Assembly: GCA_031763465.1 (NCBI GenBank)
Contig: JARFOE010000004.1
Span: 14,237,724 to 14,273,909 of the forward strand
Reading direction: 5' to 3'
DNA length: 36,186 nt
Source: Squatina squatina
Lineage: Eukaryota
Shown: positions 11,601 through 20,537 of the stretch, in pieces
Numbering within the stretch: position 1 is the first letter of the stretch
How the letters are laid out: every line of letters starts with the position of its first letter
The notes under the pieces: generated by a model
The model's input: the letters and a program-made list of their open reading frames with translations, nothing else
What the model was told of the DNA's origin: nothing
The model's database searches: none
Translations under genes and position numbers: made by a program

Positions 11601-14531
11601 ATACTAACTGTTCAGCATTTGTCAGTTTATACTTTAGCAAATCAATTACATCTCAGGTCTTGGTCAAGGGTAAAGCTGGATTTTATGCAATCTTCTCCAC
11701 TTATTATCTTACCACAATATGTACACAACAGCTAAGGACAGAAGCACGAAATTCAACATTCTGCCTGGAGTCTATTGCAATTGTATAGCCACACTGTGAA
11801 GCAAAGCTCGGTGTAACATGAAAGAGAGCACCAGCTGGATCTGAAAACAAAGCAAAGAGACTGGTTAGCTTCAAAACTGAATTTAATGGTGTATAATCCT
11901 GCTCTTGCAAACTTGAATAGGCAAACTTTTGCTTTTTGTTGGAAAATATCCTTCAAGGATTTACAGGTGCACAAGTGGTAGGAGGGGCTCTAGCCACAAG
12001 ATGGTTTGCCCCCATATTTTGATACAAGGAAACATTTATTGCAGGGTGTAAGTGTAGGCATAGGCAATTCCATGGATACATGATTGGCAAGTGAAGAAAG
12101 CCACTCCAAGGCAGTGGGTGAAGAGAGGCAAAAGGCCAAGTGGTTTGAGAAGAACAAAGCCAAGGTCTGCAGGCCTGGGTAATGTATACTTTTTCACTAA
12201 CTGTTGCTTCAATCAAGTTGACTAAGCTGTCATTTGGGAAGGTATGGGTTAATTGAGAGCCAGCATGTTTTTTTTTTTAAAGTTACTTTTGTCAGGCTAA
12301 CTTGATGGAACTCTGAAGTAACAGAAGGTATGGCAAGTTAATATAGCAGATGTGTATATGGACTTTAGAAGGCATGTAACAAAGTGCCACACAGGAGGCT
12401 TATTAAGCTGGAAGCCCATGAATGAAGGAGAAAGTGGCACTATGGATGCAAAATTGTCTGACAGAAAGCAAAGGGTGGTGGAGGATGGATGTTTCTCCAG
12501 ACAGGAGATTTGTCGGTGGTTTCCATTGATCAGTTCTAGGTCCATTACACTTTGCAATTTTTATAAGTGACCTAGACTTGGGTGAAGGAAACAGCATTAT
12601 AAAGTACAGATACAAAATCTGGCAAATTAGATCAAGATAGTTAGAGACTTCAGAATGAGACAATGTGGTGGTGAAGTGGGCAGAAGCAGTGCACTTTGGG
12701 AGGACTACAGAAAGACAGTTATAGTATAAATGGCACTATTTTGAATAGTGCTGAGATCTTGGTGTCCATATACAGAAGTCTTTAAAAAAAGGTGGTTAAA
12801 ATATGAATGGTTCATGACTATAAAAAGCACAAAAAACAACTTTATAAATGACTGGTTATGCCTCAACTAGAGTATGGTGGACAATTCTGAGCACCAGAAT
12901 TCAGGAATGGCATTACAAAAGGGTAGAGGAGGTTTACCAGCAATGAGGGACCTCAGTTATGGAGAGATTGGAAAGTTAGTCTGTTCAACTTTGAAGAGAA
13001 GGACAAGAAGTGACCTAATGAAAGTTTAAGAAGTTTTGACAGTGCACAAAGAGTTCCCTCTGGTGAGTGGGTCAACAACTAGAGGTCAGATTCTACAAAA
13101 ACAAGTTGGACAATATCGGAGGGAGGGGGCAGAAATTCAGTTGTTGCAATCCAGAATGCTTCCCTTAAAAAAGGTGGTTCCATGAATATAAAAAAAGTTG
13201 GATACTTGGAACTTACAGGGCCATGGTCTAAGCACAACTGCTCTTTCAAAGAGCAAGCACAGGCATAATGAGCCACCTCCTGTGCTGCAAGTTTTGATAA
13301 ACCAGACTTGCCATCCATAAACTAATGCCTCTTTTCTTCACCCCAGATTTTAAACAGTAGCATTAAAGCAAGTTAACTTGTCTAGTATATAACAATACTA
13401 GAGTATTTTTAAAAAATTGGAAAAAACTCAGGTTACACTTCAGGAACATTAATTCTAGTGTCCTATAACTTTGTTCCTGCTCACAGCTTCTAGTTATCAA
13501 ATTAAGAAAACCCTCCAAAATAAACTACTTCTTTAATCAAACCTTCATTCATCACAACTCGTGTCCTCAGCACCTACCCAGAGGATATTTCCCTTATGCT
13601 GAAGAGTGCTAACTGCAAGTTGAACTTTGGGACTGCCCATACATGGTCCCTAGAAATTGGGCTGCCGACAATCGCGTGCCAGAAGTGATCAGTGCACAAT
13701 GCCAGGTTTCAGCAAGTTGAAGTTAGGAGACAGAGTTGCTGAAAGACAAAGTGCTGCAAAAACTCAGCAGCTTTTATATTAGGTTTCTTTTGTTCTTTAT
13801 TACTGGAAAACAAGAACCTGTTCAAACGCTGTCAGTTTTGATTATCTGGCCAAATCATTTTGGTTCCATCAGAAAGAAATGAATCGGTATCAAAACTAAG
13901 CGCACCATATGATGAAATTTAACCTGCGTCAATAGGATACTTTTGCACCCCGCTTTAGTATCATGAACAAACTTCGATCATCCAACAAAAATGGTTTTTA
14001 AAGTTTGCACCAGAGATTTAACGATGCAAGACATCAGCACCTTAACTGCACAGTCAACAAGTGACAAATAAAAGGTGCAATTGTAACTCCAGACCGGAGA
14101 CAGTGCAGATAGGTGGTCCCATCACAGCATCACTGGGGCCGGGAGTCGAGCACCATCAGATGGCGACAGATTCCAGGATAAAGGCGGTAGACTTACCCAC
14201 AACATTAATCTGCCAAAACTTCCCAGCAAGAAAGTCCTTATTCAATCCAACCCAAAAGACACTGTCGCGGCATTCAGTCTTCAGAAAACCTGCAGAACCA
14301 GAGCAGAGGAGTTCTTTCAATATTAAACAGGGGCGAATCGGGGACTACACAACACATCGGCTTTGCATCGACTCTGACCTGGAGGCGCAGTTCGCAGCCA
14401 CACTTCAGGGGCGATCACCGATAGCATCCACCTGTTCAACACATGAGCATCCATTAGCAAGATGGGAAAGCCACTCAACCTGCCAACTTGCACATTGCAC
14501 AGACTTACCCAAATAACAGGAGACGCGCCAT
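5700..14531 (-). CDS. ZPAX: Zona pellucida AX (ZPAX) egg-envelope glycoprotein, complete 22-exon CDS, 945 aa
   Basis: Hand-spliced exons (minus strand, 5'->3'): 14531-14509, 14431-14379, 14289-14197, 11840-11713, 11263-11123, 10823-10743, 10090-9923, 9813-9717, 9415-9198, 8964-8811, 8254-8040, 7965-7851, 7767-7562, 7488-7371, 7289-7120, 7038-6959, 6887-6760, 6643-6451, 6380-6236, 6157-6064, 5990-5892, 5818-5700. Total 2838 nt, open throughout with matching intron phases; all introns GT-AG except one GC-AG. Protein begins MARLLLFGWMLSVIAPEVWLRTAPPGFLKTECRDSVFWVG. ZPAX-type N-terminal motifs: ASQCGY, PWVAREIFCEENYMQVSV, FYKQQWMILLIDTAMACP. ZP module motifs: CFPNG, CGTSRR, YENEV, DYPVVKYLTDPLYFEVQLL, LFLQDCWAT, HFKRFEVKMFAF, VYFHCSVVLC. 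Then RMGR|S cleavage site, EHP-like VSSGAVEI, and a hydrophobic helix. Confidence 0.93.
12365..13295 (+). mobile_element. Old, degraded CR1 LINE inside ZPAX intron 3 (antisense to ZPAX)
   Basis: Remnant RT motifs VYMDFRR..., KLSDRKQRVV, F..FISDLD, ctggttatgcctcaactagagtat, ending near tgagccacctcctgtgctg. Confidence 0.75.
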
Positions 14532-14639
14532 TGCACCAATCCTACCCCAGGTGCCCAGCCCGCGTCTATTTGTAACTGCAACTTCCTCCACAACAGAAGT
14601 AAAAAAATAGCAGATGCGCTCCAAGTGAGTTGGGGGCGC

Positions 14640-14765
14640 GCGCTATTTAAAGAGCGCGCCGGGCCCGGGCTCAGCATCACGCGCTCGTTAGCGGAGCGCG
14701 AGCACCTGGCGCTGATTGCAGCGAGCCGCGTGAGCCAATGGGGCACTGACCAATGGTCAAGCAAT
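14640..14765 (-). promoter_or_regulatory. Putative ZPAX core promoter (TATA-like element, CCAAT boxes, E-box) in a CpG-rich patch
   Basis: TTTAAATAG on the minus strand at about 14643-14651, ~110 bp upstream of the ATG and flanked by GCGC runs. E-box CACCTG at 14703-14708. CCAAT at 14735-14739 and 14750-14754. Confidence 0.6.
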
Positions 14766-14925
14766 GTCCTGGGGGGGGGGCTGGGGGGGAGAGAGAGTAC
14801 CATTGATCAGCCACCCGCCCAAACGNNNNNNNNNNNNNNNNNNNNNNNNNNNNNNNNNNNNNNNNNNNNNNNNNNNNNNNNNNNNNNNNNNNNNNNNNNN
14901 NNNNNNNNNNNNNNNNNNNNNNNNN

Positions 14926-14988
14926 TAAAGCCCAATCTTCATCTTGGGCATAATCTTCAATGGTTGGTATATTTCTTTGTACAGAGAC
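14926..14988 (-). CDS. ZPAX: Second ZPAX copy, exon equivalent to exon 6 (runs into an assembly gap)
   Basis: cag|GTCTCTGTACAA... encodes VSVQRNIPTIEDYAQDEDWAL, versus VSVQRKIPLIEEDYAQDAQDWSL at 10823-10743. Confidence 0.82.
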
Positions 14989-15481
14989 CTGTGAATGATT
15001 GATGCAAGTCAAAGTTAATGCACTTTTATTGGTGCAATACATCTTTGTATAGTTACTGATCCAAGTTACATGCCTACAGTTATCACTGGAAAAATGATAA
15101 TTGTTATAAGGTCACCTATTGAAATCGAGGCACATGGTCTATCACAGAAAAAGTACTTGGTGGATTAGGAGCACAAATGTGTTCAAAGACAATATTCTAG
15201 CCAAAAGAACTCATCAGGTATACTAGTAAAGCCAGGTATAGATGACTTGGTAATTTTATTAAATCAAAACCACTTCCCATTAGCTTAATTTATAACTAAG
15301 ATACCAATCTTGCTGCAAGGACTACTCCTAGAGTCACATACTACCATGTGTAATAAAAAAGGTAAAACATTTATCAGCAAGTGATTACTAGATATTCAGC
15401 CAGGATCAGAATTTAAAGCCTCCATTCTCAATTTTGAAATATTTGATAGTCTGGGCAGTTATTCAGTATTGCTGACTTTAC

Positions 15482-15622
15482 CTGCATGTAGTTTTCTTCA
15501 CAGAATATTTCCCTTGTAGCCCATGGTGAGTACATACAAGACAGAGTTTGACTATATGTTGAAGCTACTGTGTCAGTTCCTGATACTTGTATTTGTATAG
15601 TGAGATTGAATTGCTCATCATT
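15482..15622 (-). CDS. ZPAX: Second ZPAX copy, exon equivalent to exon 5
   Basis: 141-nt exon with cag| and |gtaaag splice sites. Encodes NDEQFNLTIQIQVSGTDTVASTYSQTLSCMYSPWATREIFCEENYMQ, 34/47 identical to 11263-11123. Whether this copy is functional is unknown. Confidence 0.85.
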
Positions 15623-16111
15623 CTGTGAAAAATAAGTTGGAAGTGATAAATGGCATCAAACTAGGCAGTTGGTGACATCAATTGGTCATACATTCAAAAA
15701 GAAAAATCTGCATTTCATTTGGTCAGTTTTCAGGGACCAAGATTGTGCAAGCAATAATCCTGCTTCATGTTATGCACTCCAAGGAGAGCACATAACTTTC
15801 CATTCAATATCCCTATTTTGATGAATTCAAGGTGTACATTTGTACCCTTGTGATGCAGTACACAGAACTTCAAATGCAATCTGATCTGAGTTGGGAGCAT
15901 GTTTCCCATATCATCCACCCTCATTTTTGATGTTCCAAGAAAACATACCTCCAAACATTTGAGAAATTCAGATAGCCTTCAAAAACATTTCTAACTTCAA
16001 TAGCCTGCATTTGCCTTGGAAGATGTGTCCAATAAATTTCAAGATTGAAAGAGTCAGATAGTAGCAACATTTGCATCTCATTGGTCCAATTTCAGGTCAA
16101 GGCAAAGCTCT

Positions 16112-16670
16112 GGGGCAAAATTGCCCCTTTTTCAGAGGCCCATTAGCACCGCCAGGGGGTACTATCGGAGTGGAAGAGACTTTTCTCCCGGGGCGGGGTG
16201 AGTGGGGGAGGCGCTAATGGCTCTCGGGAAATTGCCCATGAGTTTGCAGAAGCGCTGCTATGGCAGTGCGGCACCCCTCGAGTAGCACCCCAGGCCGCTG
16301 CGCAACCGGCGATGATGTCATCACTATATGCAGCGACCCCTCTGTGCTGCGTGACACCCCTTACCGCCCCACATCGGAAATTGCCCCACGGCCCACGCGG
16401 CTGGTGCGAGCGGCTGTCAACACCAGCTGCGCGGGGTGGACTTTAAAGGGGAGGACGCCCACGCCATCATATTAACTAGTTTGCCGACTCTCGAGTCAAC
16501 CCCAGTTTGTCATCCTTCGCATGGGCCGGGCTGCCATCGTGATGCCCGGCACTCTGTTTTGGGTGCCAAGCTGCAGCTCCGGTCGCACGCTGCCCGGTGG
16601 AGACCATCAGAGGCCTTCAGGGTGCGCAGTGGCCCGTCCCTTTCAGCGAAGAGAGGGGTGTTGAAGCACC
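16112..16670. mobile_element. GC/CpG-rich non-autonomous DNA-element fragment (family uncertain, possibly Harbinger-related)
   Basis: Abrupt GC rise starting at ggggcaaaattgcccc, with aaattgccc recurring at ~16230 and ~16378. It cuts off homology to the ZPAX intron. Confidence 0.5.
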
Positions 16671-16714
16671 TCAGCATTACACAGAGCATCCCACATTATT
16701 CACATGTGTTCCAC

Positions 16715-16802
16715 ACAACAACAATGACTACACACCAAAAATATTTCATTGGCTGTAAAGTGGTCATGAAAGGCGCTATGTAAATGCAAATCTTTCTTTC
16801 CT
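16715..16802 (+). mobile_element. Deu-type SINE 3' fragment
   Basis: caatgactacac..caaaa..atttcattggctgtaaag...tgaaaggcgctatgtaaatgcaaatctttcttt. Confidence 0.7.
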
Positions 16803-16959
16803 TTTTTTATTTCTTTTAGGTTTTGATTTGAAGCCACAAACAATAGGTAATATCATTATCTAAGGATGAGAGGGCAGTTTGTTATGCTAATGTGGCTGTG
16901 GGGAGAGGAAGCATTTGTGCTCATCTGAGCTCACAGCCCTGATATTCTGACAGGAGGGA

Positions 16960-17055
16960 AAAAAGTGAGGTCATACTGTTAGCATGAACAGGCCTTATAT
17001 TTAAGTTAAGTTAAATATAAGGCCTGTTCATGCCAACAGCATGACCTCACTTTTT
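16960..17055. repeat. Near-perfect palindrome: 45-bp arms, 6-nt loop
   Basis: Arm 16960-17004 is the reverse complement of 17011-17055 with 2 mismatches. Loop is gttaag. Confidence 0.95.
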
Positions 17056-17068
17056 CTTAATATAAGTT

Positions 17069-17169
17069 AAGTGGAGTTGAGGCCAGAAGCAGACCATGAT
17101 CTCATTGAATGGCGGAGCAGGCTCAAAGGGCCGAATAACCAACTCCTGCTCCTATTTCTTAGGTTCTTA
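17069..17169 (+). mobile_element. CR1 LINE 3' tail
   Basis: aagtggagttgaggcca...ccatgatctcattgaatggcggagcaggctcaaagggccgaat...ctcctgctcctatttcttaggttctta matches 29842-29947. Confidence 0.85.
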
Positions 17170-17288
17170 ACTTTAAAGGTCTCATGNNNNNNNNNNNNNN
17201 NNNNNNNNNNNNNNNNNNNNNNNNNNNNNNNNNNNNNNNNNNNNNNNNNNNNNNNNNNNNNNNNNNNNNNNNNNNNNNNNNNNNNNAT

Positions 17289-17645
17289 CTCACATACCCT
17301 GTCACTCTATTAGGAAAACTCAGAGGAAGCGTCTGCATTATATGTGGGATTTTGGTAGTCGCTCTCCCCATTACTATCATTTTCAATAAATTTTCCAAGT
17401 ACTATAGGAAGCATAAAATGGTGGACATTGCCCGTTGCAATGCCGAACTTGTAGAAAATTGTGCTGATTTACCTTACATGAACATTCGAGACATATATGC
17501 CAAAAATATGCACTCATTCATAGCTAGTATCTCTTCCATGGTTAGCACCAATGCCAGTGATCACAGCACCATAGATGCCTCTAGCATCCAAGACCTTGAA
17601 ACGGTTAATAAAACCACAACATTTGAGAACTGTTCACCAAAATAG
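17289..17645 (+). CDS. KCNS3: Voltage-gated K+ channel modifier subunit Kv9.3, S6 helix and C-terminus (5' part lost in gap)
   Basis: [36 protein letters not shown] contains the Kv9-type S6 'LPIT' variant of PxP. The tail [11 protein letters not shown]...DASSIQD...TTFENCSPK* resembles the KCNS3 C-terminus as I recall it. Stop TAG at 17643-17645. Confidence 0.9.
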   Translation, partial: LTYPVTLLGKLRGSVCIICGILVVALPITIIFNKFSKYYRKHKMVDIARCNAELVENCADLPYMNIRDIYAKNMHSFIASISSMVSTNASDHSTIDASSIQDLETVNKTTTFENCSPK

Positions 17646-17707
17646 AACATTTGCCATTTGTTTTATTGTCTAGTCTCACTGCTTTCCAATCAAAGTCGTG
17701 TTCTATG

Positions 17708-17735
17708 ATTTATTTATTTATTTATTTATTTATTT
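17708..17735 (+). repeat. (ATTT)7 microsatellite in the KCNS3 3' UTR
   Basis: Read directly, about 60 bp after the KCNS3 stop. Confidence 0.9.
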
Positions 17736-18515
17736 GTTGCACTCTAAGACACTCAGGGTATTATATGTTTGTCACACAGTAGCTATTTAAATGATTGTAG
17801 TATCATCATGGAAATGAAAGAAGCATGTGAATTCATTTACTGACTTCTACTTTATGCAAGTATACATGTTGTTCGTGTTTTGTCTGTTTCTAAAGTAAAT
17901 GACAATGCAATAATAAACTCAGTAAAATGAAAAAGATATGATAATGATTGTATGCCTGCAGGAATATATGATTTGACCTGTTATTCATTTTAGGAGGGAG
18001 ATGCAAACCAGCAGAAATTATGACTACATCAAGTTTAGGAATAGTTTCCATTTCTTAAATGTGTGCAGAAAAATACTGCATGAAAAGAAAGAATACAGAA
18101 TTAAAAAATATATTCTGTACAAATTTAAAGTAATAAAGATCTTAATATATATCCAGTTAAAGTATCTGACGTGTTTTGACTACAATAGCGTGTTTTGTAT
18201 TGAAGCTGATATATTACTCACAATACACAGACTATTAAGTTAACAGTTAAAAAGAACAAAAATGATCATCTCCATACAAAAGTCAACTTAGGAAGTTTTA
18301 CATTTATTTGGTATTTGCAACAGAATTCACATTGGTCGAGTATAAACTTATTTTGTTTTTGGAGTCAACTCACTCAATGCTTGACTTTGGAGTTGGAAGG
18401 TTCTAGGAGCAGCANNNNNNNNNNNNNNNNNNNNNNNNNNNNNNNNNNNNNNNNNNNNNNNNNNNNNNNNNNNNNNNNNNNNNNNNNNNNNNNNNNNNNN
18501 NNNNNNNNNNNNNNT

Positions 18516-19423
18516 TACCTACTAGACGAGGGACCGCAAGGATGTCTGCATCACCTGCACCATGACAGGAGCCGCCGACTGCTGGATCGAGCACCATCTA
18601 ATCCACTCTATTTCCATCAACCTGTCTCAAAAACAGCAGTGGCAACAGAAACACTGCCGCAGGACTCAAAGATCCCGCAAAGAAAGCCCTACTCAGCCAA
18701 CGCCTCACAACCAACCTGGTGATGCTCAACGAATCGGAGCCAGTGTCCACAGTGCCTGGTCTACCTTAAGTCTACCATACCTGTGAGGAGACTCTTGGTT
18801 TCTCTACCAGGAAACATCAAGATTGATTTGACGAGAATGACCAGGAGATCCAAGAGCTACTAAACCGCAAACACAAGGCATTCTTGAATTGGAAGCACCA
18901 CCAAACCTCAAGGGAAAGAAAACAGGTCTACAGGCAAATGAAGGCCATGGTCCAACAAAAAACCCGTGACCGAAAGAATAGATGGTGGGTGGAAAGAGCG
19001 CAGGATATCCAGCAACTAGCTGACAGCCACGATGCGAGTGGATTATTCAGTGCAGCCAAGACCATCTATGGCCCAAGCACCCAAGACCATCTACGACCCA
19101 AGCACCCAAAGACCTACCCTGCTGAGAGCTAAAAACGGAGACGTCCTCATCAAGGACAGAGAGGCAGTCATCGCCGGCTGGAAGGAACACTTCGAGGAAC
19201 TCCTCAACCAAGACTCGGTCTTTGATATTAGTGCCCTTGACTCCATCCCACAGCACCCTACCCGTCACTATCTCAGCACAACCCCAGCCCGACATGAGGC
19301 TGAAAAAGTCATCAGGCAGCTGAAAAACAACAAGGCCTCCAGCACAGACAAAATCCCCGTTGAAAAATACGGCGGAGAGGCACTCTTGGCACGAATTCAC
19401 GACCTCATCTCCCTCTGGAAGTA
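18516..19423 (+). mobile_element. RTE-clade LINE ORF fragment (endonuclease-RT linker to start of RT), frameshifted
   Basis: Motifs CWIEHHLI (endonuclease end), KNRWWVERAQDIQQLADSHD, WKEHFEELLNQDS, IRQLKNNKA..DKIP..KYGGEALLARIHDLI. Confidence 0.85.
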
Positions 19424-19523
19424 NNNNNNNNNNNNNNNNNNNNNNNNNNNNNNNNNNNNNNNNNNNNNNNNNNNNNNNNNNNNNNNNNNNNNNNNNNNNN
19501 NNNNNNNNNNNNNNNNNNNNNNN

Positions 19524-19628
19524 GGTGGAGTACAAGAATAAGGAAGTCTTGCTGCAATTGTTCAGGACTTTTGTGAAGCAACACCTAGAGTATTGTGTAG
19601 TTTTGGTCTCTGTAAGTAAGGAAGGATA
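19524..19628 (+). mobile_element. CR1 RT fragment
   Basis: VEYKNKEVLLQLFRTFVKQHLEYCV. Confidence 0.75.
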
Positions 19629-19644
19629 AGAACATAAGAACACA

Positions 19645-19695
19645 CGGGTACGGCAGTATAGTGGTTATGTTACTGGACAGTAATCCAGTAAACCG
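19645..19695 (+). mobile_element. Probable tRNA-derived SINE head fragment
   Basis: ggcagtatagtggttatgttactggacagtaatccag has an A-box-like start. Short and truncated. Confidence 0.4.
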
Positions 19696-19705
19696 TAAAT
19701 GCAAG

Positions 19706-20050
19706 ACGTTCTTGAATTGGAAGCGTCACCAAAACTCAAGGGAAAGAAAACAGATCTGCAGACAACTGAAGGCTGAGATCCAACAAAAAACCGTGACCTA
19801 AAGAATAGATGGTGGGTGGAAAGAGTGCAGGAGATCCAGCAACTAGCCGACAACCACGACGTGCGTGTATTCTTCAGTGCAGTCAAGACCATCTATGGCC
19901 CAAACACCCAAGGGCCTACCCCGCTGAGAGCGAAGAAAGGAAAAGTGCTCATCAAGGACAGAGAGGCAGTCAGTGTCCACTGGAAGGAGCACTTCGAGGA
20001 TTTCCTCAACCAAGACTCGGTCTTTGACGTGAGTATCCTTGACTCCATCC
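19706..20050 (+). mobile_element. Second RTE-clade LINE fragment, same segment as 18880-19250
   Basis: ERVQEIQQLADNHDVRVFFSAVKTIYGPNTQGPTPLRAK...WKEHFEDFLNQDSVFDVSILDSI; collinear with the first copy. Confidence 0.85.
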
Positions 20051-20193
20051 NNNNNNNNNNNNNNNNNNNNNNNNNNNNNNNNNNNNNNNNNNNNNNNNNN
20101 NNNNNNNNNNNNNNNNNNNNNNNNNNNNNNNNNNNNNNNNNNNNNNNNNNGAGAAGCACTGCCTTGCACACCTGATTAAATTTCACACAATTG

Positions 20194-20295
20194 GGGTAGT
20201 TCTTGAGCTTTGTGCGATAGTGTAAAACAGGTGATAGCTAATTGGCAGCCTGTTTTACGGGAGAGATGTAAAATGGGTTGCCGATTAACTATTTA
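20194..20295. mobile_element. Palindromic MITE-like element remnant
   Basis: gctaattggcagcctgttttac...gtaaaatgggttgccgattaac is self-complementary. A related left-half copy lies at 25427-25530. Confidence 0.55.
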
Positions 20296-20302
20296 TACAT
20301 TA

Positions 20303-20453
20303 CAATGTTCTTGTTAAGCTGTGCGGTCGTGTGGCTGTGCAGCGATTTGCAGGTCCCACGTAGGCCGCTCAACACCGTTATAATGGGAAAAACGCGCACG
20401 CGCGATGATTTGAATGGGCCACGGACTGCAAAATAAAATTAGTGGGAACATTG
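20303..20453. mobile_element. Small hAT-like MITE
   Basis: Imperfect terminal inverted repeats caatgttcttgttaa ... ttagtgggaacattg (CAATGTTC termini). No clean target-site duplication visible. Confidence 0.55.
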
Positions 20454-20537
20454 GTGACCACCCTTCAAAAGTACCTCAGGAAGCACCTTGGGACGTTTTA
20501 CTATGTTAAAGGTGTTATATAAATGCAAGTTGTTGTT
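20454..20537 (+). mobile_element. Deu-type SINE 3' fragment
   Basis: gtgaccacccttcaaaagtacctc...ttgggacg...aaaggtgttatataaatgcaagttgttgtt. Confidence 0.65.

Noticed and set aside
12287-12312. Candidate micro-exon in ZPAX intron 3 (cag|...|gtaact)
   Set aside because: 26 nt is not a multiple of three, and exons 3 and 4 already join in frame.
14741-14759. Canonical estrogen response element
   Set aside because: The half sites are everted or 1-nt spaced rather than GGTCAnnnTGACC; kept only as a weak motif observation.
14061-14803. Long ORFs 14061-14516 (+) and 14405-14803 (-)
   Set aside because: They are antisense or out-of-frame read-throughs of the GC-rich ZPAX promoter and exons 1-3, with no recognisable protein pattern.
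16198-16783. Overlapping ORFs and CpG richness suggesting a gene or CpG-island promoter
   Set aside because: They coincide with a sharply bounded GC-rich insertion; few stops are expected at this GC content.
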